Source: Bacteriovoracaceae bacterium (GTDB lineage Bacteria; Bdellovibrionota; Bacteriovoracia; Bacteriovoracales; Bacteriovoracaceae). Taken from it: 64,000 nucleotides of DNA. Shown in pieces: positions 48,618-58,232 of this stretch. The first letter of the stretch is position 1. Each line of letters starts with the position of its first letter. The DNA lies in the NCBI GenBank assembly GCA_965217035.1, contig OZ244226.1:1594146-1658145 (forward strand), read 5' to 3'. A program made the translations under genes and the position numbers. The notes beneath the pieces are model-generated. The model made no database searches and was not told the DNA's origin. It was given only the letters and a program-made list of their open reading frames with translations.

Positions 48618-50587
48618 TTTTTAGTAGAGTTTTCTTTGCGTGCTTCAATCTCTGCAGGAGATCGATTGAAGTGAATAAAGTTATAAAAAAACATATTTCT
48701 AAGAATTAGTTTTACGTACTTTCTTGTTTCATTAAATGGGATAGATTCAATATTATTCAAACGTTCTGATTTGGTTAAATAAGTCTTTTTCCATTTATCA
48801 ATTCTTCTTTCGCCAGCGTTATATGCAGAGAGAATATCTACAAGGTTACTATCATAACGTTGAAAAAGGTCTTTAAGGTATTTGACTCCGATTTCAAGGT
48901 TTTTATCAGGAGTTTTCAGTTCATTTTTAGTAATCTTTTTTTCATAGCGTTTAGCTGTTGCAGGCATCAATTGCATCAAGCCCATTGCTCCAACTGACGA
49001 CTTTGCTCTCGGATTAAAGCCGGATTCTTGTCTGATCAAAGAGTAGAGAAAAATTTCATTGAGATTTTCTTTATTCTTGTCAATTTCGCCTTCGAAAGGT
49101 TTAGGAAAAATAGTCTTTAAAAGTCTATAAGAGAGTTGAACTTCTTTTTCTTCCATTGCGTAGAAAAGAACTCTGAACGAAGTTAAGTAGGCGCCATATT
49201 TATGAAGCTGTTGGCTAATATAATAATGAAAATGACTCCGAACTTCTTTATCATCTTCATTTTTGAAAAAATGACTTTTAATGTCTTTGAGTTCTAAATT
49301 TATCAAGCTCTCTGCATTCGAAGCAGTGAAGGCCTTGATTCTTTTAAGTGCAATATCATATTGCTTAAATTTCCCAGAAAGGTCTGTGATTTTTTCTTCG
49401 TTTTTATAGAAAGAACTAAGTTCTTTAAAGTAAGATGGGTTCTGAGTTTGAAAATTTCGCATAACCATTGAAGCATAAAAAGAAATAGGATTATGACGAA
49501 CGAGCCTTGCTTTAAGAGCATCCGCCATTTTTTTGTTCCCCTTTAGTTCAACAACATGGGCTATCCAGTATTGAGGCTGTGAATAAAGGTTTTGAAAGTT
49601 TTCGATAAGTTTATTCTTGGCAATAAACTCTAGGGCACCATTGAGATTTTTATCAATAACGTAAGACCAAATATAATTGAACCAAATTCTATTTTTTTGG
49701 GCTTTCGTTAATGTATATTTAGCTAGAAGAAGGTCAAGAATTTCTCTTGATCTATTAGTCTTTTGATTTCTATTGAGAAATAAAGCAAAGCTTATAAATT
49801 CTTCTCTATGCCCGTTTTGGTCTAAAAAGTAATAATTTCTACGAATTAATTTTTTGACTGAGCCATAGCGACGTTTTACTTCCCTGTGAATTTGGGGTGT
49901 TCCACCTATTTTATACATAACCCTAATATCTTTAGAGATTTTCCTATAAATTCTCTTTCGCTTTTTATTAAAATCATACCCATGCTTGGAAACGATCTTT
50001 GAAAGACTTGAGTTGATAGTAACGTATTCTTTTAAGTACTTGGGTGGAGTTTTTTGAGTTTGGACAAAGTACTGAGTCAAAAGATAATTGATTCTATTTT
50101 TAATTTCTAAGCTTTTAATCTGAGAAAGAAGTTTAGCCGATTTCTTGTCATCTAGATTAAGGAAGAAATTTATATTCTGTAGAAGAACAAGAGTTGCACT
50201 TTCAGAAATTGATCCTTTCATATCGTCAATATTATCTTTTATATATCTTTGACACTTAAGTACAAGGTTTCGATGAAGGTATGAGTAAAGGTATTTATGA
50301 GATTTTTTTAAAACGTCAGTATGACAGTAAATAACTTTTTCGTGAGCTGTTTTATATTTTTGAATTGTTGAAATATCATCAAGCCAAATTTTGTATGGAA
50401 AAAAGTGTGAAAATTTTGAGATGTTTTTTAAGGCTTGATTTATTCTTTCATCCTTCATTTCGCTAAACTTTGAATGAAAAAGAGTATGAATATTCTTTGT
50501 TAACTGTTCTTCGTCACTTGAGAAATCTGAAAATGGATGCTTGGATGCACAAGAAACGAAAATTAATAGAATAAGAAAAAAACGCAT
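48614..50587 (-). CDS. Soluble lytic transglycosylase (Slt70-like) lipoprotein
   Basis: Lipobox VSC; IRQESGF, GLMQLMPATA, AYNAG, IPFNETRKYV. Confidence 0.92.
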   Translation of the reverse strand: MRFFLILLIFVSCASKHPFSDFSSDEEQLTKNIHTLFHSKFSEMKDERINQALKNISKFSHFFPYKIWLDDISTIQKYKTAHEKVIYCHTDVLKKSHKYLYSYLHRNLVLKCQRYIKDNIDDMKGSISESATLVLLQNINFFLNLDDKKSAKLLSQIKSLEIKNRINYLLTQYFVQTQKTPPKYLKEYVTINSSLSKIVSKHGYDFNKKRKRIYRKISKDIRVMYKIGGTPQIHREVKRRYGSVKKLIRRNYYFLDQNGHREEFISFALFLNRNQKTNRSREILDLLLAKYTLTKAQKNRIWFNYIWSYVIDKNLNGALEFIAKNKLIENFQNLYSQPQYWIAHVVELKGNKKMADALKARLVRHNPISFYASMVMRNFQTQNPSYFKELSSFYKNEEKITDLSGKFKQYDIALKRIKAFTASNAESLINLELKDIKSHFFKNEDDKEVRSHFHYYISQQLHKYGAYLTSFRVLFYAMEEKEVQLSYRLLKTIFPKPFEGEIDKNKENLNEIFLYSLIRQESGFNPRAKSSVGAMGLMQLMPATAKRYEKKITKNELKTPDKNLEIGVKYLKDLFQRYDSNLVDILSAYNAGERRIDKWKKTYLTKSERLNNIESIPFNETRKYVKLILRNMFFYNFIHFNRSPAEIEARKENSTKN

Positions 50588-50667
50588 TAGTTCTCCAAGC
50601 GAGAGTCTGTCTTCCATCTTAACTTGAAAAGACGTGGAAGTTAATAGACGGAAAATGACTGACCTCT

Positions 50668-51192
50668 TTACTTTAAGGAACTTACTTCGCTTTTAAGAAA
50701 AAAGAAGGTGTTACGATTAGACTCTTGATCTTCTTGCTCAAGTAATTTATCAAGTTCTCGTTCTAGATTAATTATAACCCGGTGTTTATTTTCCTCTTTG
50801 CGTTTTAAGATTTTAAAAACGGGTCCAAGATCTTGAAAAAAATCGTCCTCTTTGAATTTTACAATATTGATATTATTTCCATCGACAAGTGATTCTAGAA
50901 AGTCACCGAATTTCTCGACTGGTTTAGATATTTTTTTTGTATAAAGAATGAGCATATATGAGATAAATATTTGAAAAATAATTTGGAAAACGAGGAAGAA
51001 TCCCAGGAGCTTGAGAAAGAGTTCCTCTTTTATTTCATTTGTCACATAGGTTTCTGGTTCGAGACTTTTAAAGACAGCAAAAAGAGCAATGGGATAAATA
51101 GCACAAACAACAAAGCATAAAATATTGACGAGAAATACAATCTTTAGTTGTTGATTTGGATTAATTAGCGCAAAGCTTTTACGTTCCACCAT
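50668..51192 (-). CDS. Hypothetical two-TM membrane protein with HAMP-like segment
   Basis: Two hydrophobic helices then ISKPV...F...D-F-L pattern. Confidence 0.6.
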   Translation of the reverse strand: MVERKSFALINPNQQLKIVFLVNILCFVVCAIYPIALFAVFKSLEPETYVTNEIKEELFLKLLGFFLVFQIIFQIFISYMLILYTKKISKPVEKFGDFLESLVDGNNINIVKFKEDDFFQDLGPVFKILKRKEENKHRVIINLERELDKLLEQEDQESNRNTFFFLKSEVSSLK

Positions 51193-51253
51193 TTTTTTGC
51201 CAGTACCTCAATTTTAAATTATTAATAGTCTACAGCAATGACTGAGTACTTAA

Positions 51254-52360
51254 ATGGAGCACTGCATGACTGAGACAAAAAAAGTTCAGGAAATAGTTGA
51301 AGAAATTATCGGTAAAGATCGCATTAAAAGTCTTTCCCTGGAAGGAAAGTTTGAGCTCACTTATCGCCGCGATGGTTTAAGTCCATTAGAGAAAAGAGAA
51401 AAGGAATCAAAATTGATTAAAAATCTTTCTGGCTTTTACTCTGATGATGATATCTATCTCAAAACGATTTCTGAGCGCTCAGAAGAGGTTTATAAGTCTA
51501 TTCCTAAGCGACTACCGGAGGCCTCTACTCAGCCTAAAAATCCAGCTCAACTTCAAGTTGGTCATGGACAGATCGCACCCAAAAAAACGATTCCAGGAGT
51601 TAAGAATGTTATTGCAGTCGCTTCTGGTAAGGGGGGAGTCGGTAAGTCTACATTTTCGGTAAACCTTGCAAAAACTTTGCGGGATCAAGGTCATACCGTT
51701 GGGATTATTGATGCTGATATTTATGGGCCAAGCATTCCAATGCTTTTAAATCAGCGAGATGCTGTTGCAACTTCTAATTCAGAGAAAAAAATTATTCCTC
51801 TTGAGGCCCATGGTTTAAAGTTTATTAGCTTTGGTCTTTTTGTTAGGGAGAGTGATCCTGTTATTTGGCGTGGACCAATGCTAGGTGGGGTTTTAAATCA
51901 ATTCTTCTTTGATGTGGACTGGGCCGGAACAGATTATCTCATTATTGATTTGCCTCCTGGAACTGGGGATGTTCAACTTTCGATGGTTCAGGCGATAGAG
52001 CTGACCGGTTCAATTATTATTTCTACTCCTCAGGATATTGCTTTTCTTGATGCAAACCGAGCATTAGAGATGTTTAAAAAATTAAATATCCCAGTGCTTG
52101 GAATTGTCGAAAACATGAGTCAATTTATTTGCTCTAATTGTGGAACCGTTCATGATATTTTTGGTGCAGGAACTCTGGAAAAGCAGGCGAAAGAACAGGA
52201 GATTCAGTTTTTGGGAGCTATTCCACTTGAGTCTAAGCTTCGTGAATCTGCTGACCAGGGAGCTCCTTTTATGGGAAATCTAGAGCTAGCTGGAACCAAA
52301 ACTTGGGAGAGTTATCAAAAGATTTCAAATAGTTTAAAATCGATTCAAGGGTTAAATTGA
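51254..52360 (+). CDS. apbC: Mrp/NBP35 (ApbC) Fe-S cluster carrier ATPase
   Basis: ASGKGGVGKST, DADIYGPS, WRGPM, DLPPGTGD, ENMS...CSNC. Confidence 0.93.
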   Translation: MEHCMTETKKVQEIVEEIIGKDRIKSLSLEGKFELTYRRDGLSPLEKREKESKLIKNLSGFYSDDDIYLKTISERSEEVYKSIPKRLPEASTQPKNPAQLQVGHGQIAPKKTIPGVKNVIAVASGKGGVGKSTFSVNLAKTLRDQGHTVGIIDADIYGPSIPMLLNQRDAVATSNSEKKIIPLEAHGLKFISFGLFVRESDPVIWRGPMLGGVLNQFFFDVDWAGTDYLIIDLPPGTGDVQLSMVQAIELTGSIIISTPQDIAFLDANRALEMFKKLNIPVLGIVENMSQFICSNCGTVHDIFGAGTLEKQAKEQEIQFLGAIPLESKLRESADQGAPFMGNLELAGTKTWESYQKISNSLKSIQGLN

Positions 52361-52379
52361 TTTTTAAATGTTCCGATAT
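52353..52379 (+). promoter_or_regulatory. Sigma28-like promoter
   Basis: TAAA-N15-TCCGATAT, ~21 nt upstream of ATG 52401. Confidence 0.6.
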
Positions 52380-52400
52380 GTGTATTAGCTGAAGGGAGTT

Positions 52401-52595
52401 ATGATGAAGTCTCAAAAACACAATCAAGGTGATATCGCTGAATTAGTCGTTAATATTGAGAAGTCTGTTGTCGATTCTTTGGATTTAATGTCCAAGAATA
52501 GTGATTTGTCGAAGGATGATCTCGTCGTCATTGCTCTTAAGAGGTTTATTTCTTCTCATGCTGACTATATGGGTTCTGCTCCAGAAACAGAGTAA
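52401..52595 (+). CDS. Small ribbon-helix-helix/CopG-like protein
   Basis: RBS GGGAG; beta strand ELVVNI followed by two helices (SKDDLVVIALKRF). Confidence 0.6.
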   Translation: MMKSQKHNQGDIAELVVNIEKSVVDSLDLMSKNSDLSKDDLVVIALKRFISSHADYMGSAPETE

Positions 52596-52617
52596 GTAAT
52601 AATATTATACTTTAAGG

Positions 52618-52650
52618 AAGAAGTTGCGTGGACTAAGCACGAACTTCTTT
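52618..52650 (+). terminator. Intrinsic terminator with one bulge
   Basis: AAGAAGTT(g)CGTG-gactaag-CACGAACTTCTTT. Confidence 0.6.
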
Positions 52651-52709
52651 ATTCTCTGTGTTTTATTCTAAGTTAAAACAATGACATGACTTGAGGGCAA
52701 ATTGCACCT

Positions 52710-52738
52710 TTGACAAGCTGAAACTGTGATTCTACTCT
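52710..52738 (+). promoter_or_regulatory. Sigma70-type promoter
   Basis: TTGACA-N17-TACTCT upstream of the peptidase gene. Confidence 0.65.
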
Positions 52739-52747
52739 TTCCGCTCA

Positions 52748-54715
52748 ATGAGGTATCAGATGACAAATTTTTTTTTACTCATAATGATTTTTCTTTCGCT
52801 AAATTCCTTCTCCCAGCTCTTGAAAAATCGATTCCCTGCTAAGGAGATTCCGACAACTTATACTCGTTTTGGAGTGACAATTTTTGATGAATTTCATTGG
52901 ATGGATAATAATCACGATTACGATGTTTATATTTGGCGTAATAATCAGAACCTTCAAACGAGAGAATATTTAACAAAGGGACTTATTGATAGTTTTAAAC
53001 TTGAGCTGGATAAAATTCATGACTTCAAAAAAGAAAATGAATCCAAATTAAAAATTCCTAGAGAAAATAAAATTAATAAGAAAAGAGAAAGCAAGCTTTA
53101 TAAAATAGAGATTTCTGAAATTCAAGAAACAGGAACAGGTTATGGGGCAATTAATCTTATTCATGTTTTTAATAAGAAAGACAATATACTAAAAGAAACT
53201 CTCGTTGGTTATAATTATGAAGTTATTGATTGGCTAGATGATGAGACTTTCGTTTACTCTAATTATAGAAGTAGAAAATTGAAACTTGGAAACACCCATT
53301 ATATTGGTCATCATAAGGTTGGCGAACATCCTTCTCTCGATAAAATTATTTATAATGCTCGAGTTGGTGATTGGCTTCAAGTTAACACGAATAAGGACAA
53401 CTATTATCTCATTATTTGGGATCTTAGTGACAGAAGTCAAATTGCAGGTAAGTTTAATGTCAAGACAGGAGAGCTATCAAATGAATTTTCATTGGGTTCA
53501 AATAGAACTCAACTCGGAGAGAAGCAGGAAGATAATGGATTTTTTCGTTATTTTTCAAACTATGAAAAACATAATTATGGGTTGGTAGAGAAAATTAATT
53601 TTGACACTGGAGTTGTGACAAAGCTTTTTGAAACGAAAGACTTTGTTGCAAAGAAATTAGAGTATATTTCTGAAAATAATTATTTAGTTATTGGTTATCG
53701 TGATGCAGAGAGTGTTGTTGCCTTTTTTAAAAACGGTGAACTTATACCAATTGATGCTCCCAAAAAGGGAAATATTTCTCTTAAAGGTATAAAGAAACAA
53801 AAAGCTTATCTCTCTTATGAAAACTATGAAAATGTTCTCGCGGTCTATGAGCTAAACTTGAAAAATCTTTCGGTGAAAAAGTATAAGTCTGTACAGTTTT
53901 CTGCAAAAATTGAAGCAAAGAAGATTCACTACACTGCTGTTAATGGTCAGAAAGCAGCTATTTGGCTTGTGAAAAAGAAAGATACAAAAATTTCGAAAGA
54001 AACACCTACTCTTCTTTATGGATACGGTGGTTGGTACCACACAGACCTTCCTGAATTTAATAAAATGTATGCTTATCCATGGCTTGAAAAAGGAGGAGTT
54101 CTTGCAGTTGTCGCAGTTCCTGGAAGTCTCGCTTATGGTATGGCGTGGAATAAGATAGCTAAGGCTGAAAATAGAGTGAACTCCTTTGACTCTTTCGCTC
54201 TGGCTGGTCTGGAGTTAATCTCTCGCGGTTATACTTCTCCATCAAGACTTGGAATGTATGGAGCGAGTAATGGTGGTCTTCTAATTGCTGGAACATTGCA
54301 AAGGCATCCTAAGCTTTTTAAGGCAGCAGTCCCGATGGTGGCGGTTGTCGATCTTCTTAACTGCAATGCTAAAAGCCATATTTGGGAATATGGTGATCCT
54401 TGTAAGCAAAAAGACTTTGAAAAATTAGTGAAAATATCTCCTTATCAAACGATTACCCCTAATGAATATCCATCGGTCCTTGTCGCAACTGCTGATAATG
54501 ATGGGGTTACGATTCCTTCACACAGCTATAAATACGCAGCAAGATTACAAAAGAATCAACAATCGAAAAACCCAATCTTGCTTTTTAGTAAACCTATGGG
54601 TGGGCATTCTAGAATTTCAGGATCTGTAGCTGATACGAAAGAATACCTTTCAATTATTTATGCTTTTTTTGCTAAGGAATTGGGTTTAGTTGAAGACTCG
54701 AAGGATCTTTTTTAA
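52748..54715 (+). CDS. Secreted prolyl oligopeptidase family (S9A) serine peptidase
   Basis: LLYGYGG, GASNGGLL nucleophile, DND...HSYK, GGH; signal peptide (start may be 52760). Confidence 0.92.
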   Translation: MRYQMTNFFLLIMIFLSLNSFSQLLKNRFPAKEIPTTYTRFGVTIFDEFHWMDNNHDYDVYIWRNNQNLQTREYLTKGLIDSFKLELDKIHDFKKENESKLKIPRENKINKKRESKLYKIEISEIQETGTGYGAINLIHVFNKKDNILKETLVGYNYEVIDWLDDETFVYSNYRSRKLKLGNTHYIGHHKVGEHPSLDKIIYNARVGDWLQVNTNKDNYYLIIWDLSDRSQIAGKFNVKTGELSNEFSLGSNRTQLGEKQEDNGFFRYFSNYEKHNYGLVEKINFDTGVVTKLFETKDFVAKKLEYISENNYLVIGYRDAESVVAFFKNGELIPIDAPKKGNISLKGIKKQKAYLSYENYENVLAVYELNLKNLSVKKYKSVQFSAKIEAKKIHYTAVNGQKAAIWLVKKKDTKISKETPTLLYGYGGWYHTDLPEFNKMYAYPWLEKGGVLAVVAVPGSLAYGMAWNKIAKAENRVNSFDSFALAGLELISRGYTSPSRLGMYGASNGGLLIAGTLQRHPKLFKAAVPMVAVVDLLNCNAKSHIWEYGDPCKQKDFEKLVKISPYQTITPNEYPSVLVATADNDGVTIPSHSYKYAARLQKNQQSKNPILLFSKPMGGHSRISGSVADTKEYLSIIYAFFAKELGLVEDSKDLF

Positions 54716-54859
54716 ACTGGAATCTATAACAAATTAAGTTTTTAGGGGCTATAAACTGTTGGTTTTTTTGATAGGGCTCCATACACCTGTCTAAAGTTTA
54801 TGCACATTTTTTATACGCTCTCATTAGCTAAATTATTGAATTTATTTAAAGTTCTTTGT

Positions 54860-54875
54860 TGGCCTGATCTTTGCT
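54860..54875 (+). promoter_or_regulatory. Sigma54 (-24/-12) promoter
   Basis: TGGCCTGATCTTTGCT has GG-N10-GC spacing; IHF-like site at 54829-54841 upstream. Confidence 0.7.
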
Positions 54876-54920
54876 TTAAAGATCCCTGTAAAATTAAAAG
54901 TTTTGAACAGGAATCAAAAG

Positions 54921-55742
54921 ATGCGAAGATCTGGTGTCAAAAATTTATCGACAGTTTTAGTTTCATTTTTGGTGTTTCTATTTCTTGGATCTGGAGTCTA
55001 TAACACTTTTTTTGTCGACTTTAGAATAAGCCAATCTATTTTCGATGATTCTAAGTACACAATTACCGTTGTAGATACTCTTCCGCCAAGGCAAGATAAA
55101 ATGCTTGTCGAACAACCTAAAAAAGTACGAAAAATTCGTAAAAGACTGAGTTATGCTAGAAGACGGCCAAAAAAATATCAAAATGCTGTTAAAGTAAAAG
55201 ACCCAAGAGAAACAACGACTGATAAAAATGAAATGGCTCATATTAAATCCAGTTTAAATTTAGAGCTTGTTGAATTTTCAAATGCAAAGAAATTTAAAAA
55301 AATTCTCAAAAATGGAGAAGTTGAAGGATCACTCGTTGCAAATGATGGCTATATTGAAAACCTAGAAATTTTTCTTCCTGATGATGGAGAAATAACAGCA
55401 AACTTTACTGAAATGAATGGGAATGTGTTTTCTTACGATCATGAAGGTGAAACATATTCAGGATTAATTTATCAAGCAGGTAACTCTAACTATACTGTAA
55501 CTCTTGTAAATGGACCTTATCAGGGATCAAGAATGAAGTTTGTTTCTAAGACAGAAAGAGCTTTGAGTTATGCTGAGATTATTGAGGAAGATAATCTTGA
55601 AAGAAGAGAAGAAGACCAGAATATGGTTCTTTATGAAGAAGATGATTATCCAGAAGATGATCCACAACCACGAGAAAAAGAGAGAGTGACAGAAATAGAT
55701 ACGCAACCTTATTACAAGGATGAAGAACCTTACGAGAGTTAA
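54921..55742 (+). CDS. Hypothetical membrane-anchored protein with basic linker and acidic tail
   Basis: ATG 54921 with AGGA RBS; N-terminal TM; beta-rich central domain. Confidence 0.7.
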   Translation: MRRSGVKNLSTVLVSFLVFLFLGSGVYNTFFVDFRISQSIFDDSKYTITVVDTLPPRQDKMLVEQPKKVRKIRKRLSYARRRPKKYQNAVKVKDPRETTTDKNEMAHIKSSLNLELVEFSNAKKFKKILKNGEVEGSLVANDGYIENLEIFLPDDGEITANFTEMNGNVFSYDHEGETYSGLIYQAGNSNYTVTLVNGPYQGSRMKFVSKTERALSYAEIIEEDNLERREEDQNMVLYEEDDYPEDDPQPREKERVTEIDTQPYYKDEEPYES

Positions 55743-56368
55743 TCATTGGCATGAACGTATTCTCTTAGAGAGTTGAGTTTACTCTCAAGCTCTTGTTCTT
55801 TGTAATATCCAACTTTTCCAAATTTTATTTTAATAGTACTAAAAGGTTTAGGGATCAGGATTTTGTTCCAAGATTTTTCTGAGCACCAATAACGATCAGG
55901 ATGAGCGGATATAGGGACGATGGGAGTTTTACTTTTTTCAGACATAAAAACAACTCCAGGCTTTACTTTATAGATTGGCCCTTTTGGTCCATCAACTGCA
56001 ATTGTCATTTTATGCCCAGCTTTAAGTTGGCGCATACATGCTTTGAGACCAGGAATCGCACCTTTGTGTGAAGACCCTCTTACTGTTCGATAGCCAAGTT
56101 CATGAACAATAGCAGCGAGGATTTGACCATCTTTCGAGTTAGAGACGAGACCACAGAGACCTGAGTCTGAAAAGTAATCCATCATAAGGATTTCTTGTTG
56201 GTGGAATAGAGCGTAAATATAGTTTGTCTTTTGGGGAAGATGGTTCCAGAGATTTTTTTTGATCCTCTTTTCGTCTTCAGGATTTTCGTAGATGACTTCA
56301 TACCTGAATGTCAGTGCATAAAATCTAAAAATGATTGAAATAAAAAATCCTAGAAGTTTTTCTCTCAT
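55739..56368 (-). CDS. DUF374 / lysophospholipid acyltransferase-like protein
   Basis: FHQ, VSNSKDG, VRGSS, VDGPKGP, SWNK...PKPF. Confidence 0.88.
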   Translation of the reverse strand: MREKLLGFFISIIFRFYALTFRYEVIYENPEDEKRIKKNLWNHLPQKTNYIYALFHQQEILMMDYFSDSGLCGLVSNSKDGQILAAIVHELGYRTVRGSSHKGAIPGLKACMRQLKAGHKMTIAVDGPKGPIYKVKPGVVFMSEKSKTPIVPISAHPDRYWCSEKSWNKILIPKPFSTIKIKFGKVGYYKEQELESKLNSLREYVHAND

Positions 56369-56370
56369 AC

Positions 56371-56395
56371 AAAAAAGCCTCTCCGAAGAGAGGCT
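56371..56395 (-). terminator. Intrinsic terminator after etfA
   Basis: Minus strand AGCCTCTC-TTCG-GAGAGGCT-TTTTT (cUUCGg tetraloop). Confidence 0.85.
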
Positions 56396-56401
56396 CTCGC
56401 A

Positions 56402-57358
56402 TTATAAAATCTTTTTAAATTCTTCTGTAAGAATAGGAACGATAGTGAAGAGGTCCCCGACAATTCCGTAATCAGCCTTCGTGAAAATTGGCGCATCGGG
56501 ATCAGTATTAATTGCAACAATGACTTTTGATGTTCTCATTCCTGCAAGGTGCTGAATTGCTCCAGAGATACCACAGGCAATATAAAGCGTAGGGGCAACA
56601 GTTTTTCCTGTTTGGCCTACCTGCATTGAGTGAGGTGCGTATCCTGAATCAACAGCAGCCCTTGAGGCGCCAACAGTGGCTCCTATAACATCGGCAAGCT
56701 CATCAAGAATTTTGAAGTTTTCAGCATTCTTCATGGCCCTTCCACCAGAAACGATAATATTGGCTTCTGTAAGGTCAACTTTCTCAGAAGCACCTTTTAT
56801 AATTTCTTTAATTGCTGCTCGGATATTCCCAGTATCAGCGTTAACGTCAGTTGCATCACCAGCCGCTGCGTTTTCACTTTCTGGCATACCAAGTGCGTTT
56901 GGTCTCACTGTTACAAAGTGCGGTTTAGGTCCTTCTAGTTGAACCTTTGCTAAACATTTACCAGCAAAAAGTGGCTTAGTTCCACTGAAGTTATCACCTT
57001 CAAAGACGAAGTTTGTAAGATCACTTGCACAGCCTGCCTCAAACTGGGCACTTAATCTTGGGAAAAGATCTTTTCCTGTAGAAGTTGCTCCACTAAAAAC
57101 GAAGTCGTAACTTCCACTTTTAATAAAGTTACCAAGAGCGTTTGCGAAACCTTCAGGACTATAATTATCAAGCGCTCCATTTTTAAGCTTATGAATCTTT
57201 GTAGCTCCATATTTTGCAAGATTTGCTTGAGAATCAGAGTCGATGTCTCCGATTGTTACAATTTCAACTGTTTGACCAGAAAGTCTTCCTAGAATTTCAT
57301 AGGTAACTGGCTTAACAACTTGGTTATTTGTTTCTCCGAATACTAATACGTTTGCCAT
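56402..57358 (-). CDS. etfA: Electron transfer flavoprotein alpha subunit
   Basis: VSGGR, GASRAAVD, QVGQTGK, GISGAIQH. Confidence 0.97.
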   Translation of the reverse strand: MANVLVFGETNNQVVKPVTYEILGRLSGQTVEIVTIGDIDSDSQANLAKYGATKIHKLKNGALDNYSPEGFANALGNFIKSGSYDFVFSGATSTGKDLFPRLSAQFEAGCASDLTNFVFEGDNFSGTKPLFAGKCLAKVQLEGPKPHFVTVRPNALGMPESENAAAGDATDVNADTGNIRAAIKEIIKGASEKVDLTEANIIVSGGRAMKNAENFKILDELADVIGATVGASRAAVDSGYAPHSMQVGQTGKTVAPTLYIACGISGAIQHLAGMRTSKVIVAINTDPDAPIFTKADYGIVGDLFTIVPILTEEFKKIL

Positions 57359-57371
57359 TTCTAATTTTCCT

Positions 57372-58160
57372 TTAGATTACTTTTGCTTCGTTTCTTAAGA
57401 GCCCAACAACTTCTGAAACAACACCGGTTACAGCGGCTTCCTCCATAGCATCAAATTTCTTTCCAGGAGGTTTTTCAGGAGGGAGCTGAAAGTTTGTATA
57501 TTTAACTTTTCTATCACCGTCAGCAACTCCTGCATCTGCAAGAGATAAAGTTGTTAGTGGTTTTTTCTTCGCTTTCATAATTCCTGGAAGGGAAGCGTAT
57601 CTTGGAGTGTTAAGTCCTTTGTTACAAGCGATAATTGAAGGTCCGTTGATGTCGTAAACTTCAAGTGCTCCACCCTCAATCTCTCTTTTTACAGTAAGAG
57701 TGTCTCCGTTTTGCTCAAACCCAACAACAACACTAACAGAAGGTAGGTTGAGCATTTGTGCCAGGAGTTGTGGAACTTGAAGAGCGTCAGAATCAATGGC
57801 TTGTTTACCTGTTAAAATAAGATCAGGCGTTTTTCCCGATTTCTCAATTGCACCTTTCAGAGCCTTTGCAGTCATATAGCTATCAATGTTTTCAGTTGTT
57901 TCAACGAGAAAAGCTTCATCTGCTCCCATCGCCATTGCTGTTCGAAGAGCTTCAGTGTCTTGAGTGCTTCCAACTCGAACAACCGTAACGGTACTATCAG
58001 GATTAGCTGCTTTAACAAGCAAAGCTTGCTCAACTGCAAATTCATCATATGGATTCATGATCCACTTAATGGAACTCGTTTCAATAAAAGAACCGTCACT
58101 GTTAGGGGTAACTTTTGTTTCCGTATCAGGGACTTGTTTTACACAAACGAAAATATTCAT
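57372..58160 (-). CDS. etfB: Electron transfer flavoprotein beta subunit
   Basis: VCVKQVPD, NPYDEFAVE, GKQAID, PRYASL. Confidence 0.97.
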   Translation of the reverse strand: MNIFVCVKQVPDTETKVTPNSDGSFIETSSIKWIMNPYDEFAVEQALLVKAANPDSTVTVVRVGSTQDTEALRTAMAMGADEAFLVETTENIDSYMTAKALKGAIEKSGKTPDLILTGKQAIDSDALQVPQLLAQMLNLPSVSVVVGFEQNGDTLTVKREIEGGALEVYDINGPSIIACNKGLNTPRYASLPGIMKAKKKPLTTLSLADAGVADGDRKVKYTNFQLPPEKPPGKKFDAMEEAAVTGVVSEVVGLLRNEAKVI

Positions 58161-58232
58161 TTGATCTCCTTAGAAAAGAAATTTCGTGCGGGCTTAGAGC
58201 TTGTGATGCGACTCTAAACACCTGGCATCATT

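Noticed and set aside
52690..52730. GGCAAA as a possible c-di-GMP-I riboswitch start
   Set aside because: Lacks the GNRA-capped P2 and GCAAA/P3 elements; the region is explained by a sigma70 promoter.
54800..55003. 67-aa plus-strand ORF
   Set aside because: It overlaps the sigma54 promoter and the real gene in another frame; no RBS or motifs.
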